Assembly: GCA_964187785.1 (NCBI GenBank)
Contig: OZ076420.1
Span: 18,538,001-18,602,000, forward strand
DNA from: Amphiscolops sp. MND2022
Lineage: Eukaryota
DNA length: 64,000 nucleotides
Reading direction: 5' to 3'
The position numbers were made by a program, and so were the translations under genes. This document shows, piece by piece, positions 26,601-37,505 of this stretch. Position 1 is the stretch's first letter, and every line of letters begins with the position of its first letter. The notes under the pieces were generated by a model. That model was not told the origin of the DNA and ran no database searches. It was given only the letters and a program-made list of their open reading frames with translations.

Positions 26601-28934
26601 TGTTTCTTTGTGTAGTTGTTGACGCGCTCTATCGAGGTGGAGACGTTACGGACCTTACCAGTTTGTGGGACTCCTTGGCTACAACGGACGTCTCTTATGG
26701 AAGTCTTTTCGGAGGCAGATGTCGAAACGAAGTCGTAGTTGTTAGTATATGTTTCATGAGTTACATGTTTACATGTATTACATGTTTTTAAGATTTAATT
26801 GGGCTTCATAAAATGAGGGAATTGTTTGAGGTATTGAACGGACTTTTTGAAGAGTTATTTGGTTGTAATGACACTAATTGGTGATTTGTGTGTGATTGTA
26901 AGTGTTTTAGGCTTTTCTGATCTTCGGAGTGTGGCCTTATGTTGTCCGCACGATTTCTGCTTCGCTGTGTGGTGAAAGTCCCCTTGGCCTGTACTTGGAT
27001 CGGGATCGTAATGTGGTTCGTTGCTCGGTCAGTGTGGCTGAATCAGTTGCAGTACGTGGTGTGGTCTTGTTCGAGGTCATCGCGACTGAGAATTGGGAGA
27101 GGCGAGTATCAGAGTGGCTCGCAGATTACTGGGGTTGTGTGGTGGATGACTTTGTCCCAGTGGGGATCAGTTGTGGTTGTCTCTCATCTGTGGGGGTTTG
27201 CTGGAAGGAGACGGTGGTCGTCGTGGTTTGCAACTGAATCCTGTGCAATTGTGTTCCAATCTGCAGATTGTCACATCGGCTGGATCGTCCGTGTTCGACG
27301 GGCAGGACGTTCATGCGGTAATGGTCTTTCTTCTGGTGAAACTACGTGATTGTTTGACTGATCCTGTGCTGCTCAGTTGTCCTGCTTTGTTGCGAGTTAG
27401 TGAGATCTTATACTTGGTTGTTAATTGTTACTGTTAATGGAAATGGAAAAACGATGTGGATGTGAGTGAAAATTCATAAGTACAATGTGTTCGGTCACGT
27501 GTCTTTGTTTTAGTGTGTTGTGGCCGGTGAGATCTCCAATTGGGAGATAGTGTCTGTTCTGGAAGAATTTCGTCAGTCATGGGATGGCTTTGTGGCTTTG
27601 ATACAGCGTCTTGACCAGATGGGGGAAGCGCAGATCCCAAGCGAATGGAGTCGTTGATCTTGCAGGACTCCCTGGTCAGGGCTCCCTTTGAAATTTCATG
27701 CTGTGGGATTGGTATATTCTATTGCTTAGATTTTCCCTTTTGTTACATGTAAGTTTGTTTATACAGGTTTAATCGTGTATACATCGTGTGTTGTGAGAGA
27801 TGGGGAAAACATCTATAGGTTTCATCGGAATTATGTCCGTTTGTGTGTAGCGGCGATTTCAAATTCTAAAGTGTTTGTCAAGCATAATTCCGTAACATGT
27901 GGGGGGGTATAGATACTCAGTTTACGTCGGCGCGTACCTGGTCATTGACTTATTGTTATTTTATCGTTGTGCTTTAGTACTCAAGAGCATGAAACAGACC
28001 ATCAGTGACCACTTGCATCGAGGATTGTATGAAGTCAATGAAGTGTTACGAACTGTCCGAGAGCTTTGTTTGATGGTTGCAGTGCCTGCGACAGTGCCTG
28101 AGTCTTTTGAGCTGCACCGCTGGGCTGGTTTTCAATTGACCGATTTACGATTGAGTGCGGGGAAAGAGTCGCAGATGTATCGGACATTCGAAACTCATCG
28201 CGGCAACTAGGCTTGTGGGGGGAATATCGTGAGGCAGTTACTGTTGTTGAGGAGTTCTTGATTACTGTTGCAATAAACTTGCTACGGATGCCACAAGTAT
28301 CTGATTAGGTCAATATGGCTCTATCTTGTTGGTGTCCTGATGTACTAATGCGGGGAAGTGTCAATGAAATGCAGAAACCATTGGCTATTTTCTCGAAGCA
28401 TTAGAGCGGAATTGTGTTATTGCCGAAGAAGAAAAGACTCTTATGTCTGAATCCTACGTATGGTTCGTCAGGCAATTTCGAGATGACCACACTAATGATT
28501 GTGCCTCAGATTTCCATGAGAGTGAGTTGTTGCAGTACGGTGCTTCAGATGTTACTTTGCGGCGGATGATGCAGTTATCGTTATGTTTGAGCGGCAGCGT
28601 TAATCAGAGTATAAATATGGTCAGAATTAGCTTGCCAGTTTTGTCTTCAGAGCCTTTGCGGAGCATTTTCCGCACAATTAGGAGTTGGTGTGTTGCGTGG
28701 GGCGTGCGTAGTCTACACAGTATTTCTGATGGACTAGTTATGGAGAGTAGTGAGGCTGTTGGGAGAATTGAAGATCTGCGGAGCGTGACTCTAGAAAGTT
28801 TGTGGGAAGAAGTTGGAAGAGAGTCTCCCGAAGGTTATCGTGATGCTGTTTTGGAGCGACTTGGTTTCAATGCGGAGGGAGGAAGGATTGAGAGTCCGGA
28901 GTCCGTTTGTTGTAGTGTTCTTGATAAATGCTGA
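23633..28934 (+). pseudogene. Spliced antisense gene inside element B: C2H2/BED-like zinc finger plus hAT-transposase-like remnants
   Basis: ATG 23633; phase-matched intron 23676-23751 (GTGAGT..TTTAG); intron 23884-23954 (GTGAGT..TTTCAG); GTAAAC donor near 25896 in phase with acceptor 26183; VRCLLCRCDLKVGSRGISTFLEHCRGVIH; ESPLGLYLD; C-terminal LRRMMQLSLCLSGS. Confidence 0.6.
23900..26140 (+). repeat. 856-bp direct duplication (23900-24755 / 25285-26140) separated by a 511-bp copy of 3' LTR sequence (24756-25266)
   Basis: Direct identity; insert matches 21191-21701 including the 3'-LTR-specific 79-bp deletion; short filler TAATTATTACTGCAATTA. Confidence 0.95.
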
Positions 28935-30210
28935 GCATCTATTTTTTGACCGAAGGAGTGTGTGATGCGAATTGAATATTTCGGCAAGTAATTAATTATT
29001 ACTTCGGTGTTTACTTTTATTCAAGGATTTCAAGCAATTTGAAAGGACTTTGAGTGTCGGTTATCGTTCTATAGACAGTTTATTTGTGAATTACATGCAA
29101 GACGTTTTTGTAGTGACTTTTGGCAATAGCGTTCATGTATGGGCTTTATTTACATGCTTTGACTCTTTTCATGTAACTTTGAGGAGATGTGTGAGCGATG
29201 GAAGATTTCCATCGTAGTCACATCGTTACAAAGGCTTGTGTTAATGTGGCGTTGATGTGGGTGGTGATGAGTGAATCGGTGAAGTGTTTTCATCAATTCG
29301 CCATCGTTGAATTGGGATAATGGAAATTTTAATTGAATTTTACAGGTGATGGGCAATCGATGGGAAGTTTCCATCGTTTTTCAATCGTAGTACTTTTCAG
29401 ACAGTTTTGTGAGGCGTGGTGTAGACGATGGAGATTTTCCATTGTTTTTGCATCTTTGCGGTGAGCTTGTTTGGCTCGCCTGGTGGTAAATGCAACGATG
29501 TGAGAACGATGAAACATTTTCATCGTTTTCTTGTCGTTGTTTGTTGACTAGTTAAGTTTGAGTGGAGGAGAGTTGGTGATGAGTTAACGATGAAAGACAT
29601 CCATCGTTTTTCATCGGAGTGATTTTTGGCATTTTGTTAGCGTTTGAATTGCAGTTTTTGTATATTTTCGGTGTCCTCAATCAGGGCGGTAATGAACCGA
29701 AAGTCAACCCAAGGCAGGGCCTATGGTCTGTTGACGATCGAGGAGATTTTTTTTCTCACTTTACTGAAGGTAATTGTAGAGAGAAGGGAGATGTAGAAGT
29801 GATGGAGAAATTCCATCTCTTTTACATCAAGCTGTGATAATTTTTCAGTCGAGTGCGATGGTTTGTCTAATTGCCATCTAGCTGATGGTAATCAAGTTTT
29901 CATCAACTGAGGGTCGCTAATCAGATGTTGACACGAGGCGAAGCCTACGAATTATCAACAAACAGGTCATGGAACTTCAGATTGATTTTGTGGCATGGTC
30001 GGAGAGAAGATTGGGATGAGAAAACGATGGATGTGAACCCTCATTGAACTCACTTGAATTTTATGTGTTTTGGAAGCGATGTGGTACCAATGGAAATGTT
30101 CCATCGGTTTTACATCGTTTCTGATAATTTCACAGTTTCTTCACGGTGGAGTGTTATTTAACCATCGTTTTGATGTGAGATTGTTGTTTACATGTTTTTT
30201 CTGTCGTTTT

Positions 30211-32311
30211 CTACTGCAGAGTAGTGTTTGTTTTGCGTAGAGCGCTTCGAGCAGTTGAGATTTTATGAATTAGGAAGTCTGAGTAGCGTTTCGGCTGAGG
30301 GTTTTCGCGTAGACTATATTTGCTGTTATTTGTCCTCGTTGCTATCAAATTTGTCGTTTCGTCATCGTTCACCTGTTGGGGTGTCTCGGTGTTGGCAGGT
30401 ATTGTTGGTGGTTCTGGCTGTTTCGTTGTGTCTTCAATGATTTCTTGTGGAATTATCTCATCATTTTCGTTGAATTGCACCTGTGGGGCGTTTCGAGGCA
30501 GGTCGTTTATGATTATTACCGGTTGTGGTGTTAACGACAGTCGGTTCGGTAGTCGATTCAGTGGTCTGTCGTGTCTGATTGCCTGCCGATAATCGGGCGA
30601 TTTTAATCGAATGACTCTTTCAACTGGTGTTTCTTCATCAGTTTCTGGTTCGTCCGAATCGGAGTTGATTTTTTTTGTAGGAATGTGGGAATCGAAAATG
30701 TCGGAATCTTCCGTTCGGTCCGTGTCAGCGTATACTGGTTGGTTACTGATGTCCACGTCTTCTACAGGGAATTCCGGTTTGAAGATTTTCAGTCGTATAC
30801 GATGAACGCATTGTGTTTTGAACGTTCCTACCGCTCGTATGATGTAGTTACTGTCGGACAGCACTTTCATCACTTTGAACGGACCTTTCCAGTGGAAGGT
30901 CCTAAACTCTTCTTTACAACCCTGAGAGTCGTATTTGGGGTCAAGTAGGAAAACAAGGTCGTTCACTTTGAGCGGTTGTGCTTTGGCTTTTCTGTTATAA
31001 GTTTTGTACTTGTGGTATGCAGCTACTATGTTGTCTGTGTTAGTCGGTAGATTTCGTTCATGCGGTTTAGGATCTGGTTGACGTCTCCAAACTTGGTGTC
31101 GATTCATTTTTCAGGGTTAGAGTATTGTAGGTCCAAAGCGTTGTTTGGAGTGCGTCCGTGAAAGATTTCAGTTGGTGAACATTTCAGAGAAGTGTGGTAC
31201 GGGCCATGATTGCTATGTCGACATAGCGGTCCCATTGTTGTCTGTCTACATTTACATGTATTTTAAGGATCTTTTTAAGTTTTGCATGACTTCTCTCAAC
31301 CATGCCTATGGTTTGTGCTTGTTTTATTGTTGCATGGGAGATTTCAATGCCAATGGCTTTGGTCAGTTGTTGGAATAGTTCGGCGGTGAACACGGATCCT
31401 TTGTCAGTCAGGATGTGCGTTGGGACGTACGCGTGTTTGGCGAGTACCGACAGTAGAGCGTTAACGACGGATGGTGTGTCGGGTTTTCGTAGTGGTACAG
31501 CAAACAAATAACGCGAGAATACGTCGATTGCGGTCAGGATATGTGTGAATCCGTTTGATGCAGGCAGTGGCCCGACTATGTCAACTTCCATCAGATCAGT
31601 AGGGCCGTTACACGGGTCGTATTTTTTCTGCAACGGTGGACGGATCTTTGATTCGTTCGTCGATTTCGATCGCATGCAAGTTTAACAGCTTTCGAGTATT
31701 TTTTGTGTTTTTTCAGCAAGACTTGGAGAGTAGTAGCGTTTGCGTAGTTCATGTAACATCTTCTTAGAACCGGGGTGTCCCTGTACAGGGTTACTGTGTA
31801 AGGACCTGATTATTTCTAACATCACTTGATCAGGTACGACGATTTGTTTATGGGACTCAAGGCCAGTATGGTCATGAAAGATACGGTACAGAACTCCGTT
31901 TACATTTTCAAGGCGTTTTCGGTTTTTGTGAAGTTTTTGGAAAAACGTTGTTATCAAGTTCACAGGGTTTGTCAAAGTTGTTTCGCCAGACAAAATTTTT
32001 AACATAATTTGAATGTCTCTATTCGTTTTTTGAGTTAAGATTAGATCGACTCCCCCTGGGGGGCTAACCTCCTTCGTTACTGGGTGTAGTAACGATGTTT
32101 TTACGATGAGTCTTGTGTACACTGGTATATGAGCGTCAGTCATTAGTTTGTAGATCTGAGGGGGGCTTGTGTGATCAGTCTCAGAGGCCCGTGGTGTGGA
32201 ATGTACGCAGTTCATCGTTTTGTCATCGTCACTGGCTGTCGTCGCTACGTCAACTGTTTTCATCGGTTCGCCATCGTCGATCGTCACTGTCTCAGAGTTA
32301 ATCACTTTCAT
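30211..32311 (-). pseudogene. Integrase of element B (HHCC, DDE, GPF motif), interrupted by stops
   Basis: LHSNPVQGHPG..ILESC*TC; VDIVGPLP; LTDKGSVF; GMVERSH; WKGPFKVMKVLSDSNYIIR. Confidence 0.95.
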
Positions 32312-32341
32312 CGGTTTTGCATCATGTGACTTCTTCTGTTT

Positions 32342-33800
32342 TCACATTTCAATTTCTATGTGGTGTACTGGAATGGAATCAGTTAATTTTAGATGAACAC
32401 GTTCTTCAGGTCGAATTTCCAACCTGGAAAGGTAATCCGCTGCGGGATTCTCTACACCTGGTACATGTGCTAAAATAAAATTAAACTGAAGCGTCTGGTC
32501 ACAAAAATTCCAAAGTGACGGTGGTATGTGTTTGGCCTGAAAGAAACGGGTGAGTGCTTTATTATCTGTCATTACAATTATAGGTTTCTTTGCACCCCAC
32601 AGAATGTGGCCGAACTCGTCGAATGCGAAGTGCATGGCTGAAAACTCTTTAGCGTACATTGTTAATGACATCTGTCCATTCTGAAATTTCTTAGAGCCAA
32701 AAGCAACTGGTGCGTACTTCTTCAAGCTACCCGATTGTGTTTCAGAGTAGTCTTCTATTAAAAGAACATAACCTGCTGCATGTTCACTCGCGTCACACAT
32801 GATTACTAATTGTTTATCCGGAAGGGGAAGTTTCAATGACAGTTTAGTAGCCTTGAGTAAACTTTCGTTAATGTCAAAAATTACATCTTTGTGACGTTGT
32901 TCTAGTTTAAAAGTAGTGACTCTTTTGATTACCTCGTGAAGAACGGCTGTTTTGTCTGCCAATCGGGGAATGTAGGACCTGTAAAAGTTGACAAATGCTA
33001 AGTACCGTTGGAGAGCTTTAACTGAATTGGGAGGTTTGAGTGGCTTCAGATAATCAGTTATTAGTTTTTCGATGGGTGCTATTCCAGTGCTAGAAATTGA
33101 TTTGCCAAGGTATTCAAATTGTTGTTGGCCGAATTCACATTTATTCATGCTGAGTTTCAAACCAGCTTTGGACAACTGCTGAAAAACAAGTTCTAAATTT
33201 TCAATCAATTCATCAGGCGTATTTGCTGCTATGCCTATGTCGTCAACATACTGGGCACAGCGGTCCGCTTTGACCAAGGGGTCCAAGTACTCGCGGACTA
33301 CGTTGGTGAAGGCTGAAAGAGAAAGGTTAAGACCTTGAGCTAGTCTAAGAAAAGCAAAGGTACGGGATCCAAAGTTAAAAGACAAAAGTTGGATTGACTG
33401 CTCGTCGGCCATTGGAATGCAAAGGTAGGCCTGGAAACAATCAAGTTTACAGAAATATTTTTTCCCGTCCATGTGTTGAGCAGCGTCTGAAACAGTTGTG
33501 ACTGGGTGGTTGTGTTCGCCGTAATCGTTCTTGATTAGGTGGTTGATTCTCCGCAAGTCAAATCCTTAGTTTACCATCCGGTTTACGCTGTGCAAATATC
33601 GGTGAAGAGTATTTGCTGTAAGGAAGAGTAGTTATAATCCCGTACTCCTGCATTAACGCTAATTCTACAAGCAAGTCATCTTTTAGGTTAGTAGGGGTAG
33701 GGAGACTTTGGGAGTACACTGGTTCTTCATGCTGGGATGTTAATTTTACTTTAAAATCAGTGTTCATGCCTATGTCTAAACGATGTCTAGCAAAAATGGA
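32342..33800 (-). pseudogene. Reverse transcriptase - RNase H of element B
   Basis: YSSPIFAQRKPDGKLRI, frameshift, then LRRIN..KLDCFQAY..QYVDDIGIA..CDASEHAAG..TDNKAL..ADYLSR. Confidence 0.97.
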
Positions 33801-35065
33801 GTTGTACTTTACCAGCAACTCCTCTACTTGAGCTTGTTGAGACGGAGAGAGAAGTGATTCCTCCCACTTGAAGTTCTGCAGGAACTTGACTTGTTCTTCA
33901 TGGGAGCGGGTAGAATCGAGTTTCTCCAGTTCTCTGAGGGCCAGAATCTCATCGAAAATGCGTCTTTCGATCTTGTTGAGTTTATCTGGTTCACTGCACG
34001 TCTTTGGTGTCGGGTACCATTTTGTAGACTTCATCTCGTGGTTCACGAAGAGTTGATTGATCACTGCTGCTGCATCGTCTGGGTGATCGGTGATCAACAT
34101 CAGGTGTTCGACTGGCATCGGTGTGATGTTGGCTGCTTGATGGGGCGTTGGTATTCTGAAGTGTGCCAGGTTGGTGTTGGTTTCAAGTGTGTACACGTTC
34201 TCATTGGGGTTGGTGACCTTAATCATCGTTTTTCCATCGTCTAGGTCAACCACTGCTGGAGACACCAAGAGACACGTCTTGCGCATGAATGCTGGAGTCC
34301 CTTCTACCGTGCCAGTTGTACGTGATATGTCCGCGTCACTGTGGACCTCAATCAATGGTGGGGAGGGATGGTCGTTCTGCTGCTGGAATACAAATTAATT
34401 CACCCAGTTTTGAACTTTTTATTCGTCTGTTGTCCCACTTGCATTGACATCATGTGGTTTGGATAGTGGACTAAATGATTTTTGATGTCAAGGTTGACCG
34501 AATATTTTTCAAAGAACGACATTCCAATCAGGATTGTTCCCATTGTTGGGAGGACTAAAAAGACTTCTTCAAATACTTTTCCTGCTATGAAAAAGCGTAA
34601 AAGGACTTGTTTTCGAATGCGGACCAAGTTGGCGTTAGCTATCTGAACTTTGAAGTTAGGGGGTAGTAATTCGTCTAATACTGCTTCTGGATGAGCAGCG
34701 GTGATTTTGCGTAATTCTGATTCCGAGATTGCGCTTTGCACTGCTCCAGTGTCTAAAAGACCTTGGTTTTCGAAATTGTTAAACTGGAGGGGAACAAACA
34801 ACATCTTATCCTTTTTATTTAAATTGGTTATTGGTTGCATGTTTTTAGTATTTGAAACACTGTTCTTGTCGTTTGCATGTGTTTTACTACTAAGCAGTTT
34901 TGTCGATTTGTCATCTGTTGAGAGTCGGTCCGTTGGTTGTAGATGTGGGGACATCTCTTTGGCATCGTGCGCAGGCCTCAATGCGTCGTTATGCCAGTTC
35001 ATCGTTTGCTCATCGAGTGGGTTTTCCAATGGAGTGAATTTGTTGGTAGTCTTCATTGACTTCAT
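33800..35065 (-). pseudogene. Aspartic protease and PR-RT linker domain of element B
   Basis: GLLDTGAVQSAISE..ILIGMSFFEKY; ~150-aa beta-rich linker (TGTVEGTP..LLVSPAVV..IKVTNPNENVYTL). Confidence 0.9.
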
Positions 35066-35841
35066 CGGTTGTTCATCGGTTTTCTGGTTTCTTCGCAGAT
35101 AGACTTCGTCTGCTTTGCGGGAATCACCAGAGGGCTGCCAAGACCTCTGATGACGATTGTGTTGAGTTTGTTGAGTCGAGTGAGTTGTTGAGTCGAAAGT
35201 TGAATGCGCACGTCGGTTGTTTGCGGAGTGAAATTGTGGCTTTATTGAAAATCCTGTTCTTCTTCTGAGGACATGTCTGCTTTGTCCTCTTGGATTTCCA
35301 GTTGGTTCATCGGACGTTGTTGCTGTTTCAATTCGCGTCGCCGTTCTTTGTTTTCCTGGTCGTCAGTTCGTTTGTTGGGAGTTGTCCATACGGGGTGCTC
35401 GTTTGTTTGGGAATTCGTTTTCTGCGATCTCTAGCTGAATGCCCAGTGTGTCCGCAAATCTGGCAAACGAGTTTTGGGTTGTATTTTGGTTTGTCGTCTT
35501 CCTGTCGTTTGGCTGGTTGTATGGGGTCTGGCTTGGTTGTGCCATTAGCCTCATCTCGTTGTCGTCCTCGGCATTCTTGTTTTCTATGTCCTTGTTTTCC
35601 ACAAAAGAAACATTTGCCTTTGAATCGTTTGGTCTCGGTTTTGGGTTGGGCTTGGTCAGATTGTGTGAATTCTCTCTTTGTGGTGTTATCAGACATCTGG
35701 TTGAATGGTTGGTACGAGGATGTGGTTTGTTGAAGTACGTTCTGGTACTGGTATTTTCGGAGCAGGTATGTTTTGATTTCTTCGGGGCTGCTGTTTTCTT
35801 TGTTCGCCATTGTTAGCTCTTGTTGGATTTCGACGGGTAAT

Positions 35842-36947
35842 CATTACAGTGCACAGGCAAGCCTTATTTGCTGAAAGCGCAGCATAGTGCGTTCAATATC
35901 GTGGATTCCAAGACCATACCTTTAACCGTGCAAAATTGGCAAATTACGTCATTTGTCCCGGATTCCACGGATTTAGTCCTGGATTCCAGTAACATATGCT
36001 TAGCTGTACGAACTGTCGGCATGCAGCGGTGTCCCGGATTCCACAAAAACGTAAGTTTTCCGAAATGAACCAATCAGATTGCAGAAATCGTAAATTTCCT
36101 GGATTCCACGACTTTATGCTGGACGCGATACGCGGCATTTCTTGTTTGAATTAAATTCAAGTGGATGACTGAACAAACATGATATTATGCACTACTTTTC
36201 GTATATTAATTCAAAATGATTCAGACAATCACACCAATATCACACAAAATTTTTGTATTTTTCAGTTTACAATCACAATCTGCCATTATTTGATGACTTG
36301 CTTCATTTTTGGTACCAGTCACGAGTATCTTTATTCGTACTTCTTGGATTTTTTGTGTCAATCCGTTTTTCGCTTCAAAATCCGTTTAAAAAATCTTGAC
36401 GCAAATGACACTGGTTTCCATTCTTGGTTATATTGCTGTTGCAGCGTCGCTTATGATTCTAATTTTCTAATTCGTTTAAAATGTGTCGCAGCGCCATGTT
36501 GGAGCAATACTTGTTGAGTAAAATTGCAAAATTGCGTATTATATTACACAAATATTCGTATTTTCAAGTTTAGTACCAGTTTTGAACAAACTGCCAGATC
36601 ATCACAATCTGCCATTATTTGATGACTTGCTTCATTTTTGGTACCAGTCACGAGTATCTTTATTCGTACTTCTTGGATTTTTTGTGTCAATCAAAACAAT
36701 TTCCTTTGATATAAAATTGAATTAATTTAAAATGATTATTCAAAATCAGCGGACCAATCAGAGAGCAGCGGCAAAAGTGTCATTATAGCAGCAGTGTTGG
36801 CGTGGAATCCAGGACAAGCACTGTCGTGGAATCCAAGAAACGCTTAACATCAAAGAGAAATTTTGTCCTGGATTCCACGACTTTTCTCAATTTTCGTGTC
36901 CCGGATTCCACGAAAATCAGCGAAAAGCTTGCCTGTGCACTGTAATG
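35842..36947. mobile_element. 1106-bp non-autonomous DNA transposon, 21-bp TIR CATTACAGTGCACAGGCAAGC, 2-bp TSD AT
   Basis: Perfect TIRs 35842-35862 / 36927-36947; AT at 35840-35841 and 36948-36949; empty site restores the gag frame; subterminal GGATTCCA repeats; internal ~90-bp direct repeat (~36271 / ~36601). Confidence 0.95.
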
Positions 36948-37492
36948 ATTTCCCGAAGAGGAACATCTTTATGCATTTGTCAGCTTCGTCGCCGTATGCT
37001 TGTTTGGCGATTTTCTTAAGGTCTTTGAGAAAGTCTCCGAAAGTTTGAGTGGTTGGGTCGTACTTGGCTTCGTTCCATTTGTATCGGGCGACTTCTCGCA
37101 TGTCTTCTTTGGCGAATTCCTTTCTGAATAATTGGAGAACATCTTGTAGTGTGGTTGTAGAGCTGATTGTGATTGTTTGCCAAAAGTCGATGGCTTCGTC
37201 ACGGAGTAGGCTTTGGAAGAAGTGGATTTTATCTTCTTCCGTGATTTTGTTGGCAATTGGTCGGAAGTGATTCAGTAACAGATGTTCGAATTCATTATAC
37301 TTGTCTTTAGTTCCACGGAAGTTTGGAACATGTGTTTGGAGTAATTTCCTGTTTGTTTTTTGCAATTTCCGGGGTAGATCTTGGATGGCGTTAAGTAGTG
37401 CAGATTCCGTGGTGTTGCTGGGTGCGTCTTCGTAGTCTTTGTCATATTTGTCATCGTGGAACTGGTTTCGATGATTTCGGCGAGTCCTGTTG

Positions 37493-37505
37493 ACTCCTGT
37501 CACCA
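37493..37505 (-). promoter_or_regulatory. Primer binding site of element B, tRNA-Leu-like
   Basis: TGGTGACAGGAGT directly after LTR CA; 12/13 match to TGGTGTCAGGAGT, the complement of the vertebrate tRNA-Leu(CAG) 3' end as I recall it. Confidence 0.8.

Noticed and set aside
30228-35816. Plus-strand ORFs overlapping pol and gag of element B
   Set aside because: Antisense shadows of the coding strand with no motifs or splice support
35845-36944. Tc1/mariner MITE with TA TSD (TA|CAGTG..CACTG|TA)
   Set aside because: The inverted repeat extends to CATTA, and only an AT TSD restores the gag reading frame
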